64,000 nucleotides of DNA from an uncultured candidate division Zixibacteria bacterium (GCA_963668625.2 CAXXKA010000005.1:64001-128000), one strand, 5' to 3'. Counted from the stretch's first letter, positions 39,416-50,540 are shown. Program-made: numbers and translations. The notes: generated from the letters alone by a model not told the origin.

Positions 39416-41554
39416 CTATTTTAACAGCGTCATCTCGCCTGATAACTGCGTATCGCCCGATGTCAACCGATAGAAATACACCCCCGAGGCAAAACCATCG
39501 GCATCCCAGACAACCGATCTCTCACCGGCGGTTTGATAGCCCTCAGCCAGTGTGGAGACTTTACGACCGAGTATATCGTAGATATCGATTGCCACCTGCC
39601 CGGATTGGGGGAGAGAGTAGTTGATTACGGTTTGGGCGTTGAACGGGTTGGGGTAGTTCTGGGGGAGGGAAGTCTCCATCGGGAATAATGATTTTTCAGT
39701 TATTTCTGTTTGATCCATCCGTAGAATTATAAACGAATAGCAATCAGCTACATAAATGAAATCATCATGTATATCAGTATTATAAGCTAAACCGGGTGTA
39801 TCATAACTCCCAACCATAACGGGAGAAAGTGGATCAGTCACATCGAATACCTCGACTCCATCACAGTAATCCGCTACATAAACGTAATCATCGACAACAT
39901 TTACGCCAAAAGCCCAATCTGTTGTTCTACAGAAACCAACTGTAAATGGATCGGAAGGATCACTGATATCAACAATCCGTACCCCTCTTGAATCGCTGGC
40001 TATATAAGCATATTCGCCGGAGACACATATATCCAATGCTACAGGTTCAAGACTGCATTGACCAACAATGAATGGATTTACTGGATCAACTATATTGATT
40101 ATTTGCAATTCTAATTCGATTGAATTAATAATGTAAGCAAAATTCCCTGAAATATAAATGTCTCCAATAGATCCTTCTACGGGGCAGATACCCACTGGTA
40201 TTGGATTTGCGGGATCGCTAATGTTTATTACGTTTAAACCGTTTTGATATTCGGAGACATAAGCGTATTCATCGATAACAACAACATCTCCTAAATATCC
40301 AGTCATCTGATAGTTTCCAATTAATGTTGGATTAGATGAATCGATGATATTTAGTATAGACAATTCCATTCCAGCAGTCAAATAAACATAATTATCTTGT
40401 TTATATGCGTTTTGTATAATGGTTGAAGCCCTGTATAAACCAACTTGATTGGGATTAGAAGGATTACTTACATCTACCAAGCTCAAACAATTATAGCTAT
40501 CAATCAGATAAGCAATATCATTACTGATTATACAATTAATAATTGTTTCGGGAGTAGTATAATTCCCTGATAGCGTCGGGTTGGTTGGATCATCGATATT
40601 AATTAAATCCAAACCTATATCCATATCCGCTAAATATGCTATTTCATCGGAGATAAAAACACTTTCTCCATATTGAATCGGAAAGCTTCCTGCTATATAT
40701 GAATTATTCGGATCGGAAATATCAATGATTTCCAAATTAGAGTTGTTATAAGCATAGTCAATAACGAAAGCATAGTTGCCGGAAATAACAACATCGCAAG
40801 TGTTCCCTGGTAAATCAACGCTATCTATAAAAATAGGATTAGTAGGATTCGAGATATTAATAATTTGAAAGCCATCTTGCCTACAAGCAAGATAAGCATA
40901 ATTTCCCGATACATAAATTCCCAAAACAGGCGTGGAGATTTCAAAACTTCCTATTAAATTGGGATTGGATGGATTAGAGATATTGAAAATCTGTAAACCA
41001 ATATCGCCATCAGCTAAATATACATAATTACCTCTAACAAATATATCCAGATTGCTGTTTGGGCTTTCTATACTACCTGTTAGAATTGGATTAGAAGGGT
41101 TAGTAACATCAACTATAAACATACTTCTGCAATAATCAGCTAAATAAGCATAATTATTATAAACGAACGCAGTTTTTATTGGATATTCCGTGTTAAAAAT
41201 ACCTACCTGATAAGGATTTTCAGGATCCGCTATATTTATAATCTCTAATCCACAACCGCTATCGACGACATAAACATGATCGCCATCTAATACTATTTGA
41301 TTCGGGAAACCGGAAATATAATAATCACTAATAAAACTGGGAGCAGTATTATCACTAATATCCAATATCACCAATCCATTATAAAATAAGCAATAGGCAT
41401 AATTATCGGCAGCCACCACATCAGTTGCACCACTCCATAGTGTTGAACCTACATAATCTATTTCATAACTTTGAGCTAATACAGCAGAAGGAAATGAAAT
41501 TATAAAATAAACTAAAATAATACCATAAATAATTACTTTAATTCGGGGACGCAT
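39416..41554 (-). CDS. LVIVD-repeat secreted protein with C-terminal sorting-type domain
   Basis: Many GNYAYLAD..GL.I.DISNP.NP..VG repeats; CTD QNYPNPFNAQT…MTLLK. Confidence 0.9.
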   Translation of the reverse strand: MRPRIKVIIYGIILVYFIISFPSAVLAQSYEIDYVGSTLWSGATDVVAADNYAYCLFYNGLVILDISDNTAPSFISDYYISGFPNQIVLDGDHVYVVDSGCGLEIINIADPENPYQVGIFNTEYPIKTAFVYNNYAYLADYCRSMFIVDVTNPSNPILTGSIESPNSNLDIFVRGNYVYLADGDIGLQIFNISNPSNPNLIGSFEISTPVLGIYVSGNYAYLACRQDGFQIINISNPTNPIFIDSVDLPGNTCDVVISGNYAFVIDYAYNNSNLEIIDISDPNNSYIAGSFPIQYGESVFISDEIAYLADMDIGLDLINIDDPTNPTLSGNYTTPETIINCIISNDIAYLIDSYNCLSLVDVSNPSNPNQVGLYRASTIIQNAYKQDNYVYLTAGMELSILNIIDSSNPTLIGNYQMTGYLGDVVVIDEYAYVSEYQNGLNVINISDPANPIPVGICPVEGSIGDIYISGNFAYIINSIELELQIINIVDPVNPFIVGQCSLEPVALDICVSGEYAYIASDSRGVRIVDISDPSDPFTVGFCRTTDWAFGVNVVDDYVYVADYCDGVEVFDVTDPLSPVMVGSYDTPGLAYNTDIHDDFIYVADCYSFIILRMDQTEITEKSLFPMETSLPQNYPNPFNAQTVINYSLPQSGQVAIDIYDILGRKVSTLAEGYQTAGERSVVWDADGFASGVYFYRLTSGDTQLSGEMTLLK

Positions 41555-41729
41555 GTAATCTCCAATTATTGATTTGATTAATTACCTTAACTATCAGATA
41601 GACACTCGTTATATCCATGATAATATAGCCTAATTACACTTAATGTCAATTGAAATCCTCTTTCTATCTTCCGCTTGACTTATCACTATTATATCGATAA
41701 TATTGAACCTGTTGGAAAATATTGCGAAT

Positions 41730-41801
41730 GCCCCCGTAGCTCAGTGGATAGAGCATCGGCCTCCGGAGCCGTGTGCGGCCGTTCGAGTCGGCCCGGGGGT
41801 A
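41730..41801 (+). tRNA. tRNA-Arg (CCG)
   Basis: GCCCCCG acceptor stem, GCTC/GAGC D arm, anticodon loop CTCCGGA, GTTCGAGTC T-loop; CCA not encoded. Confidence 0.95.
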
Positions 41802-42067
41802 TTTTTACATGAGGAGCAGAAAAAGCAAATTATGGGATCGCCGTAAGGGCGTATTGCCAAACGCCCGGGGAGAGGTCGTGGCGGTCAGGAATCTCCAAAA
41901 TGTTCGAAAGATCGTCAGAACCACAGGGATTTTGACCTACTCTCAAAGCGATGGCAATAATATATTTTCTGACGATAATACATAAATCAGGCAAATTTAG
42001 TGATGATAACCACTCGCCGACCAACCAGTCGGTGTTTAACTTGCAAATAGACAGGAGCCTTAAATAG

Positions 42068-43786
42068 ATGTTCTGGACTAAGACCTTCATCCCGACCCTG
42101 CGCGATGACCCGGCCGATGCCGAATTGGTATCGCATAAGCTTTTAACTCGCGGCGGATATATTCGCAAACTAACCTCCGGCGTGTACAATTATCTCCCCT
42201 TGATGCAGCGAACCATCCACAAAGTCTCGCAAATCGTGCGCGAGGAAATGGACGCCTCCGGGGCGGTAGAGATCACCATGCCGGTACTTCATCCCGCCGA
42301 GATATGGCAGAAAACAGGCCGCTATGAAACAGCCGGCAAAGAGCAGATGCGTCTGAAAGACCGTCACGAGCGCATGATGGTGCTGGGAGCTACCCACGAG
42401 GAGGTAGTGACCACGATGGCGGCTGGTGAGCTACGAAGCTACCGCCAGGTGCCTCTGAACCTCTATCAGATACAGGTCAAGTTCAGGGATGAGATCCGCC
42501 CCCGTTTCGGCCTTATGCGTGGACGGGAGTTCATCATGAAAGACGCTTATTCCTTTGATGTCGATGAGGAGGGTTTGAAAGTTGCCTATAGAAAAATGGC
42601 CGAGGCGTATTTCAAAGCTTTCAAACGCTGCGGACTGGAGGTTAAGATGGTCGAGTCCGATGTCGGTGTAATGGGTGGATTCGCGGCGCATGAGTTCATG
42701 GTGCCGGTGACAACCGCCGGCGGCGAGGAGGTAATCCTCTCCTGCAATAGTTGCGATTACACCGCCAATGTCGAGAAAGCCCAGTCTGTTCCCCGCATGG
42801 ATGAGAAACCTCGCGAAGAGGAGAAAAAGCAGATGGAGATGATGATTACGCCTGATATGCGTAGCATCGAGGAGGTAACCGAATACCTTCGCAAACCCGC
42901 CGAGAAGTTAGTGAAAACCATTATTTATATGGCCGATGGCGAACCCGTTGCCGCCTTAATCCGCGGCGACCGCGAAATCAACGAGGTCAAGCTCAAAAAC
43001 CATCTCAGATGCCTGGAATTGGAGATGGCCGAGCCCGAGACTATCATAAAGCTTACCGGGGCTAATGTTGGATTCTCCGGGCCGGTTGGGTTAACCGGTG
43101 CTCGGATCGTTGCCGATCATGAGATCAGGAGCATGTTCAATTTCGTGGTTGGCGCCAACAAGGATGATACCCATATCATCAATGTCAATCTCGATAATTT
43201 CAGTGTCGATGATTGGGTTGAGATCAGAAACGCAGAGGCGGGGGAGATTTGCCCGCGCTGCGCTAAAGGATATCTCGAGGCGTTCTCGGGTATCGAGGTG
43301 GGCAACCTGTTTATGCTGGGCACCAAGTATTCAGAATCGCTGGGGGCTTTATTTACCGATGAAAAAGGCGAGGAGAAACCGTTTGTCATGGGTTCCTACG
43401 GTATCGGCATAACCCGCACTGCGCAGGCGGCTGTCGAGGCTTATCATGATGAGAAAGGTATAGTCTGGCCGAAAACTATTGCGCCTTATGATTTCCATAT
43501 AGTGCCGCTGTCATGGAACAGTGAGAAACAACGTGATATCGTAGAGGATTTGACCGGCAAGCTCGAGGCCGAGGGATTCTCGATACTCATCGATGACCGT
43601 GATGAGCGCCCCGGAGTGAAATTCAACGATTCCGATCTGATCGGTATGCCGGTTCGTATTGCAATTGGCGATCGCGGCCTTAAAGAGGGAGTTATCGAGG
43701 TGCTAACCCGTCACGATATGAAGATGGAAAAAGTACCGGTTGAGAAAGCCGCCGAGATGGCCATAGAAGCCTGGAAAGCACTGTAG
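42068..43786 (+). CDS. proS: Proline--tRNA ligase (bacterial type with INS editing domain)
   Basis: Motifs KFRDEIRPRFGLMRGREFIMKDAYSF, GIEVG…LGTKYS, MGSYGIG. Confidence 0.97.
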   Translation: MFWTKTFIPTLRDDPADAELVSHKLLTRGGYIRKLTSGVYNYLPLMQRTIHKVSQIVREEMDASGAVEITMPVLHPAEIWQKTGRYETAGKEQMRLKDRHERMMVLGATHEEVVTTMAAGELRSYRQVPLNLYQIQVKFRDEIRPRFGLMRGREFIMKDAYSFDVDEEGLKVAYRKMAEAYFKAFKRCGLEVKMVESDVGVMGGFAAHEFMVPVTTAGGEEVILSCNSCDYTANVEKAQSVPRMDEKPREEEKKQMEMMITPDMRSIEEVTEYLRKPAEKLVKTIIYMADGEPVAALIRGDREINEVKLKNHLRCLELEMAEPETIIKLTGANVGFSGPVGLTGARIVADHEIRSMFNFVVGANKDDTHIINVNLDNFSVDDWVEIRNAEAGEICPRCAKGYLEAFSGIEVGNLFMLGTKYSESLGALFTDEKGEEKPFVMGSYGIGITRTAQAAVEAYHDEKGIVWPKTIAPYDFHIVPLSWNSEKQRDIVEDLTGKLEAEGFSILIDDRDERPGVKFNDSDLIGMPVRIAIGDRGLKEGVIEVLTRHDMKMEKVPVEKAAEMAIEAWKAL

Positions 43787-43879
43787 GATTTTAGAGCAAC
43801 TGATATAAATTACATTAAGAACCCGGACAGGGTACATAATGTAGATCAAAACCCATGTGGTTTTGACGAGCGTCTTTAT

Positions 43880-43958
43880 GTGGGAGGCCGATGTTTTCAT
43901 CTGCCTATGTCCAAGGTCTGCTACTCTTAAGCAGCAGACGAGGACGTCTGCCAGCCAC
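43880..43958. repeat. Inverted pair of GTGG-foot REP-like palindromes (REPIN-like)
   Basis: GTGGGAGGCCGATGTTTTCATCTGCC (+) and GTGGCTGGCAGACGTCCTCGTCTGCTGCTTAAGAG (-). Confidence 0.6.
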
Positions 43959-44158
43959 AGTATTATTATGTAGGGTAGAGTATATACTATTAAAAATTGT
44001 TAAAAATAATCTTTAAACTCCAAACTCCGGTTTGATATTTATATAGGTAATTGTTCTTCCTTCTCGTTACCAAACTATATTTGGTAATGCCTGTATTTGA
44101 GAAACTCCGTTTCGATATATTGGAGGGGATGTACTTTCTTCTAAATTAGCAAAATATG

Positions 44159-44238
44159 GTGGCTGGCGAACATCCTCGTATGACGCTTAATTGTAGAAAT
44201 GCTTTTTCATGGTGCCGATGAGGGTATTTTCCGCCCAC
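44159..44238. repeat. Second inverted REP-like pair (degenerate)
   Basis: GTGGCTGGCGAACATCCTCGT (+) and GTGGGCGGAAAATACCCTCATCGGC (-). Confidence 0.45.
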
Positions 44239-44285
44239 GAAGTAAAAGCACACAGGTAACCGTATACCCGACTATAATTCGATAG

Positions 44286-44366
44286 CTAAGATAATTGCGC
44301 GATTACCGGCACGACGGCAATCATAAATATCATAATCGCGATAAACAAAATCATTCGTTTTGCCAA
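44286..44366 (-). pseudogene. Signal-peptide-only ORF (26 aa): truncated gene or small membrane peptide
   Basis: AAGGAGG RBS, TTG start, (M)AKRMILFIAIMIFMIAVVPVIAQLS*. Confidence 0.45.
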
Positions 44367-44554
44367 TTGTGTCCTCCTTATTATACTATCCATACTTCTT
44401 ATTTATAAAGCAATCCCCATGCCATCATTATTTGTGTTGATAAATAACGAGTTACAATTTCAGCTATCCACTACGGTGTGTTTAACTGAACACGCCTGTA
44501 TAATATTTGAAACATTTCCATGTAATTTACAATTACTATTTATATATCACTTTT

Positions 44555-44809
44555 CACTACTGTCCGGTCTTTTCATCTCGTTGCGAAGCGCTGCTTCGCA
44601 ACGTGGCTTGTTTGCCGGCAGAATGCGCATTCTACATGATTCAAGAAGGTTTCCAAGCAGCGCTTGGAAACCAGAAAACCAAGCCTAACATCGGCAGGAT
44701 ATGTCAGGATGAATGATACGCTGAATAAAATAATTATATCGGAAAATATTTTTCATTAACAATTCCAAGGAGAAATTTAAAATTTAACGAAAAACACCGG
44801 ACACTAGTG
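44555..44809. mobile_element. MITE (255 bp), copy 2
   Basis: Same TIRs as copy 1; 9-bp TSD ATCACTTTT (44546-44554, 44810-44818). Confidence 0.9.
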
Positions 44810-44912
44810 ATCACTTTTCATAATGAAATAGTGGAAAGAATTATAATCAAAATATAATACGTTGTGACGATATAGGAATACGTTAAGTAAATAATAAGTC
44901 TCGGGGGAAAAC

Positions 44913-45473
44913 ATGACTAATGGTACAAATAACTCTGATGATGAACAGAATTTAATTAAACAGGTATTTAAAGGTTTAATGCATGAAGAGAAACACGATA
45001 AATTCAAATATGAACATAATATCTCGCGCTATCTTCACGATTTCTTGATCATCGCTATTTTGACATTAGTAGTAATATTTATTGCTCGCCACTATGATTT
45101 AATGGAGATGATAACCGAGTTCACCCATCATCATGAGGATTGGGAACTAGATGAATTCTTAGCAGTAATGCTTTTTTGGGCTCTCAGTTTTGCAGTGTTC
45201 TCTTATCGACGCGCTAAAGAACTTCGTAAATCTCAAAAGGTACTTATCGACGCCAATATTGATTTAATCGATGCGATGGCGGAGATCAAAAAGCTTAAAG
45301 GCATTATACCGATTTGCGCATCATGCAAGAAAGTCCGTGATGACGGCGGTTACTGGCAGCAGGTGGAGATGTACATAAAAGACCACTCCGATGCCGAGTT
45401 CAGTCATGGTATCTGCCCCGATTGCGCTCGTGAGCTATACCCGGATATCAAACTGGATGAATCAGCTACATAA
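44913..45473 (+). CDS. Membrane protein with C-terminal Cys-rich signalling-associated domain
   Basis: Two TM helices; GIIPICASCKKVRDD.GYW…FSHGICPDC. Confidence 0.75.
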   Translation: MTNGTNNSDDEQNLIKQVFKGLMHEEKHDKFKYEHNISRYLHDFLIIAILTLVVIFIARHYDLMEMITEFTHHHEDWELDEFLAVMLFWALSFAVFSYRRAKELRKSQKVLIDANIDLIDAMAEIKKLKGIIPICASCKKVRDDGGYWQQVEMYIKDHSDAEFSHGICPDCARELYPDIKLDESAT

Positions 45474-45538
45474 TAAAAAACCTGACTGACCAATCATGAT
45501 TAACTATACATCCATTTATAGCAAATAATACCGCATAA

Positions 45539-46204
45539 TTACTTACATCCCTCCAACCAAACATCCAGCCATGATGATGGCCGCTTGCCTTTATCAACCA
45601 GATTCTTTATTCGCCTCACTCGTTCTTTATTTGCCTCAGGAGCGCCGACAATATTTACCGTTTTCGGCGCGATGAGCATTGCCACGATCGATATATACTC
45701 ATCCCGCGTAAGCTCGGAATACTCTTTGTCATAATATATTCGAGCGGCATCGGCAAACCCGATTACCTGAATGCCGTTAACACTCCCTAAATACATCTTA
45801 TTGATGAATAACCTCAACTGGTTTCGTTTGGAAACGAGTGGATGTAATACGAATGCGGCTATTAAAGTTTGTCTGATTTTGGCGAAACCGGGTTTGAAAC
45901 TCTTAAAGTAATACTTTTTAACCAGCGCCTGGGTTATCGTCGTCCAGCCCGCCCCCGGTGTTTTAAGGTCGTAACCCGAATGACCATAAAAGTTAGGATC
46001 CTCAACGGTGAGAAGGATATGAAATTGGTCGGATGACAAATCATCCACACTGAGTTCCAGAGCATCCCCCGAACTCAGGTCACTTATTATTTTTCCTGTC
46101 TGGTAGTGTGCATGAAATACGACAGCAAAAGAGTAAACGACGAACACCAGTATCAACATGACCAGTGCCAGACCTGAGAACTTTAATATTTTAATGATAA
46201 GCAC
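45539..46204 (-). CDS. Monofunctional peptidoglycan transglycosylase-domain protein (GT51)
   Basis: Motifs VEDPNFYGH.G.D, TTITQALVK, FINKMYLG, GFADAARIYY. Confidence 0.85.
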   Translation of the reverse strand: MLIIKILKFSGLALVMLILVFVVYSFAVVFHAHYQTGKIISDLSSGDALELSVDDLSSDQFHILLTVEDPNFYGHSGYDLKTPGAGWTTITQALVKKYYFKSFKPGFAKIRQTLIAAFVLHPLVSKRNQLRLFINKMYLGSVNGIQVIGFADAARIYYDKEYSELTRDEYISIVAMLIAPKTVNIVGAPEANKERVRRIKNLVDKGKRPSSWLDVWLEGCK

Positions 46205-46262
46205 AACTTATCCCGCGCCGGATAAGTATTTAATCGACTATATAAGAAATTGTTCCCCGAAA

Positions 46263-46595
46263 TTAAACGCTCAGTCGATTCGTATATTCGGATGATATCT
46301 CCACCGGTTCGTAGTATATCGGTCGTCCCATATCCTTGAACGAGAAATTGTAAAATACATTATGTCCGTTGTAATCGAGAACACGAAGATCATCGGATTG
46401 CTTGACATCATTGAGAACCGCCGTGAAATGCGCCCCGTATTTCTCCCTGACCTGCTTGATCGGCAGATCGTAAGCAATGAATTTTTCCACACCCTTATTA
46501 TGCAGCTTCCTCACGAACGCCGGATCAGTCACCGATTCGAAAGTGGTAATCAGCAGGATCGGGCCGGTACCGGTAAACATCAACAGAGTTTTCAT
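46263..46595 (-). CDS. Conserved hypothetical protein
   Basis: 110-aa ORF with AAAGGGGG RBS; LRVLDYNGH motif. Confidence 0.7.
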   Translation of the reverse strand: MKTLLMFTGTGPILLITTFESVTDPAFVRKLHNKGVEKFIAYDLPIKQVREKYGAHFTAVLNDVKQSDDLRVLDYNGHNVFYNFSFKDMGRPIYYEPVEISSEYTNRLSV

Positions 46596-46630
46596 ACTAT
46601 CGCCCCCTTTCCATTGATATTTTTTATTTA

Positions 46631-47101
46631 TTAGTCATAAGTATAGGAGAATTTCAACACTTTTGGTCCTACCAATCGTTCATAATCGCGGTAGGTCATA
46701 CGTATCATATCCGTATGGTTGCAAGCGTTGAAAGTAATCTCCTCATCCTCCGTAAGCTTTTCTGCAACTAACACTCCCATGCCATATAGATTGCCGAATG
46801 GTGGCATAGCGCCGATATCACAGTCGGGGAAGAGGTCTTTGAATTCCTGCTCGGTGGCCAGCTCGGCTTTCTCGACGCCAATTACATGCTTTAGCTGCTC
46901 GAAATCGATATTAAACGAGGCAGGCAGCACCGCCATGAACATCCTGCCATCAAGTTTGACTATCACCGTCTTTGCCATCTCCTTGCCCGGGATATGCGCG
47001 GTGGCGGCTGCCTCCTGGGCGGTATAGGCTCGGCTGTGAGTCAGTTGCTTGTACTTAACACTGTTTTGATCGAGAAATTCAATCAACCTGTTGATTGGCA
47101 T
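46631..47101 (-). CDS. YbaK/ProX-family aminoacyl-tRNA deacylase
   Basis: Motifs MAKTVIVK, LATEQE, GAMPPFG, FNACNH. Confidence 0.9.
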   Translation of the reverse strand: MPINRLIEFLDQNSVKYKQLTHSRAYTAQEAAATAHIPGKEMAKTVIVKLDGRMFMAVLPASFNIDFEQLKHVIGVEKAELATEQEFKDLFPDCDIGAMPPFGNLYGMGVLVAEKLTEDEEITFNACNHTDMIRMTYRDYERLVGPKVLKFSYTYD

Positions 47102-47379
47102 ATTACCCCCTTTCAGATTATTAAATGAATCATTAAAGTTTTAATAAAAAAATATAGAATGATGCTTTATTTCTTGATGTTTATCTGATACAAATAAACT
47201 TAATCGAACTTTCTTGTCAACTAAATAATGCATGTTAACATTCATGACAATGCTTGATTACTCTTGCGATAAGCATTAATATTTTCTTATATTATGATTT
47301 TATGTTTCTTTAATCATCTCATTTTGGGATGTGATTACCTGAAATATGACATTCGAATCAGAGCAACGAAAGGAATCGC

Positions 47380-48228
47380 ATGAAACTCGGCGATATTGAA
47401 CTTATATCGATATTTGAAAATAAATTCAAAATAGATGCAGCCTCGGTGTTTGGCGTAGTACCGAAAGTTATCTGGCAGAAAATGGCGCAAACCGATGATT
47501 ATAATCGTATCACTATGGACATTAACCCATTGATCATCCGTGCGGGAAATGAGCTACTGGTAATCGATACCGGTTTCGGCGATACCATGACCGAAAAGCA
47601 AAACATGATGTTCGGGGTAGAGGCGCCCAGCCAGTGGGATAACGAGTTGGATAAGCATGGGATATCACCGGAGGATATCACCGGTGTGATATTCACTCAT
47701 CTCCACGCTGACCATGCTCTTGGCGCGTTGAGGAAAGGCGGTGATGGCAACCCGGAGCTTCGCTTTCCCAACGCTAAACTGTACGCCCAGAAAATCGAAT
47801 GGCAGGATGCTATCAATCCTAACGAGCGCACCGCCGCAACTTATCATGCAGATAAACTGAGGTTGTTCGAGGACTCCGGCAAGCTGGAACTTATAGAGGG
47901 CGATACCGAGCTGTTCCCGGGTTTAAGCCTGAAATTATTGGGTGGTCACACACCCGGTACGCAGGGTATTATTATTGACAGCGATGGGCAAAGGGTTATC
48001 TACCCAAGTGATATCATGCCCAATTCATACAATATCAAAATACCCTATGTCGGTGCAGTCGATCTCGATCCGATTACCACGATGGATCGTAAACGCTGGC
48101 TTACTCGAAAGCTTTTAGAGGATGATTGGACTATTGCATTCGATCATGATTGCGATATGCGGTTCGCTAAGTTTACTACTGATGAAAAAGGCAAAGTTAA
48201 AGCCATAAATCACCCTGATATGGCTTAA
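47380..48228 (+). CDS. MBL-fold metallo-hydrolase (YtnP-like)
   Basis: Motifs FGVVPK..W, IDTGFG, THLHADH, GGHTPG. Confidence 0.9.
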   Translation: MKLGDIELISIFENKFKIDAASVFGVVPKVIWQKMAQTDDYNRITMDINPLIIRAGNELLVIDTGFGDTMTEKQNMMFGVEAPSQWDNELDKHGISPEDITGVIFTHLHADHALGALRKGGDGNPELRFPNAKLYAQKIEWQDAINPNERTAATYHADKLRLFEDSGKLELIEGDTELFPGLSLKLLGGHTPGTQGIIIDSDGQRVIYPSDIMPNSYNIKIPYVGAVDLDPITTMDRKRWLTRKLLEDDWTIAFDHDCDMRFAKFTTDEKGKVKAINHPDMA

Positions 48229-48281
48229 TGTGACACTTTAGAATAGATATATAACACTAATAACGACAGCATATTAAAGGG

Positions 48282-49838
48282 ATGACTATGGACCTTGAGG
48301 CGAAAATTAAGATGCTTGAACAGATGCGCGCCAAAGCCCGTTTGGGTGGAGGCGAAAAGCGTATCGAAAAGCAGCATAAAAAAGGCAAACTGACAGCTCG
48401 CGAAAGAGTTGAACTTCTGCTGGATGAAAACTCATTCGAGGAGTTCGATATGTTCATGACCCACCGAACGCAGGGATTTGGGCTGGAGAAAGAGAAATAC
48501 CTGGGTGATGGCGTAATTACCGGCTACGGTACTATCGATGGCCGACTGGTTTTCGTGTTCAGTCAGGATTTCACCGTGTTCGGCGGCACGTTGTCTGAGG
48601 CCTTTGCCGAGAAGATCTGCAAAATCATGGATATGGCGCTGAAAGTGGGCGCGCCGGTTATCGGCCTTAACGACTCGGGTGGCGCGCGTATCCAGGAAGG
48701 CGTCGTTTCGCTTGGCGGTTATGCCGATATTTTTCTGCGCAATACTCTCGTCTCCGGTGTTATCCCGCAAATTTCTGTTATCATGGGCCCCTGTGCGGGT
48801 GGAGCTGTTTACTCGCCGGCGATAACCGATTTTACGATCATGACTCGCAACACCTCTTTCATGTTCGTGACAGGCCCTAACGTGGTTAAAACCGTCACGC
48901 ACGAGGATGTCTCGTTCGAGGAGTTGGGCGGCGCCGATACCCATGCCTCCAAGTCGGGCGTATCTCATTTCGCCTGCGAAAACGAAGTTGAGTCGATACA
49001 ATGTACCCGAAAACTTTTCAGCTTTTTACCACTTAACAATATGGAGGACCCGCCGGTTGTCGAATGCAGCGATCCGGCTGATCGAACTGATGTTGAGCTT
49101 AACACCATAGTCCCCGAAAATCCCAACAAGCCATATGATATTAAGGATGTTATCACTCGTGTCGTTGATGACGGTGACTTTTTCGAGGTACACGCCGACT
49201 ACGCGATGAATATAGTCGTTGGCTTTGCCCGTCTGGATGGCCACTCGATCGGTATAATAGCCAATCAACCGGCACATCTAGCCGGCGTACTTGATATCGA
49301 CAGCTCGATTAAAGCCGCGCGTTTCGTAAGGTTTTGTGATAGCTTCAATATCCCCCTGGTTACATTCGAGGATGTCCCCGGATTCCTGCCCGGAACGGCC
49401 CAGGAGCACGGCGGAATAATCAAGCACGGCGCGAAACTACTATATGCTTATTGCGAGGCCACAGTTCCGAAACTGACCGTGATAACCCGCAAAGCCTACG
49501 GCGGCGCTTATGATGTTATGTCCTCCAAGCACATTCGTGGCGATATCAACTACGCCTGGCCAACAGCGGAAGTTGCGGTGATGGGGCCTAAAGGCGCGGC
49601 CGAGATCATTTTCAAAAGAGAGATTGCCGAGGCGAAAAATCCCGAGGAAGCTTTAAAGCAAAAAGAGGAGGAGTACCGCGAGATGTTTGCCACGCCGTTT
49701 AAAGCGGCCGAGCGCGGTTATATAGATGATATAATCATGCCGGAAAGCACCCGCCCGAGATTAATCAGGGCGCTTAAGATGTGCGAGAACAAGCGCGATA
49801 CCAATCCGCCCAAAAAGCATGGCAATATTCCGTTGTAA
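48282..49838 (+). CDS. pccB: Acyl-CoA (propionyl/methylmalonyl-CoA) carboxylase carboxyltransferase beta subunit
   Basis: Motifs [46 protein letters not shown]. Confidence 0.93.
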   Translation: MTMDLEAKIKMLEQMRAKARLGGGEKRIEKQHKKGKLTARERVELLLDENSFEEFDMFMTHRTQGFGLEKEKYLGDGVITGYGTIDGRLVFVFSQDFTVFGGTLSEAFAEKICKIMDMALKVGAPVIGLNDSGGARIQEGVVSLGGYADIFLRNTLVSGVIPQISVIMGPCAGGAVYSPAITDFTIMTRNTSFMFVTGPNVVKTVTHEDVSFEELGGADTHASKSGVSHFACENEVESIQCTRKLFSFLPLNNMEDPPVVECSDPADRTDVELNTIVPENPNKPYDIKDVITRVVDDGDFFEVHADYAMNIVVGFARLDGHSIGIIANQPAHLAGVLDIDSSIKAARFVRFCDSFNIPLVTFEDVPGFLPGTAQEHGGIIKHGAKLLYAYCEATVPKLTVITRKAYGGAYDVMSSKHIRGDINYAWPTAEVAVMGPKGAAEIIFKREIAEAKNPEEALKQKEEEYREMFATPFKAAERGYIDDIIMPESTRPRLIRALKMCENKRDTNPPKKHGNIPL

Positions 49839-49955
49839 TGAAAGATAACAAATCTAAGATGATTATATAATCGGTGGCTAGCCTGAGTCACCGGTTTAGC
49901 CGGTGTGCACATTTATTCGATATATTCATATTTGGAATGACAGCCCCGGTGGATA

Positions 49956-50263
49956 TTATCGCCGACTGATAAATTTGAATAGCAATACAAAGCCTCAATG
50001 TCATCCCGGACTTGATCCGGGATCCAGGGTTGGCGGCAGCTAAGGCAAGTTATCCAGCAGTTCATGCTATTTGCGATTGTAACTATATACACGGGTTAGT
50101 CGGGGCCATGGCTCGCCGATCTACGGGTCATTATGCCACTTATCGCCGACTGATAAATTTGAATAATGATAAAAAACCTCAATGTCATCCCGGACTTGAT
50201 CCGGGATCCAGGGTTGGCTGCAGTTAAGGTTAGTTATCCAGCAGTTCATGCTATTTACGATTG
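49956..50263 (+). repeat. Tandem ~124-bp duplication, each unit carrying the GTCATCCCGG palindrome
   Basis: 49956-50079 vs 50140-50263, offset 184. Confidence 0.85.
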
Positions 50264-50540
50264 GCTCTGTATCTGTCAGAAATCCCCGCCTGACGCTTGA
50301 ATGAGGTAGAATCGAGAGAGGCGAAAGATGAGGATATTCTCCGGTTAATGTCTGTGTTACCGCAAATATCCGATAATGCTATCTATAAAAACCTCAAATA
50401 TGACAACAACTTACAATAACTCGCTGATTTTCCTTGTATTTTCATTATATTACTATAAATTACTTGGCTACCAGAGATTTATTGAACCGTTCTCTGGTAT
50501 ATAGTAGTATTATAATAAAGGCAGTGTAATCGTTTGCAAT

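Noticed and set aside
41730-41801. Prophage or island integrated at tRNA-Arg
   Set aside because: No integrase and no duplicated tRNA 3' end are seen in the window.
44419-44716. Short ORFs overlapping the MITE
   Set aside because: They have no transposase motifs and read through palindromic non-coding DNA.
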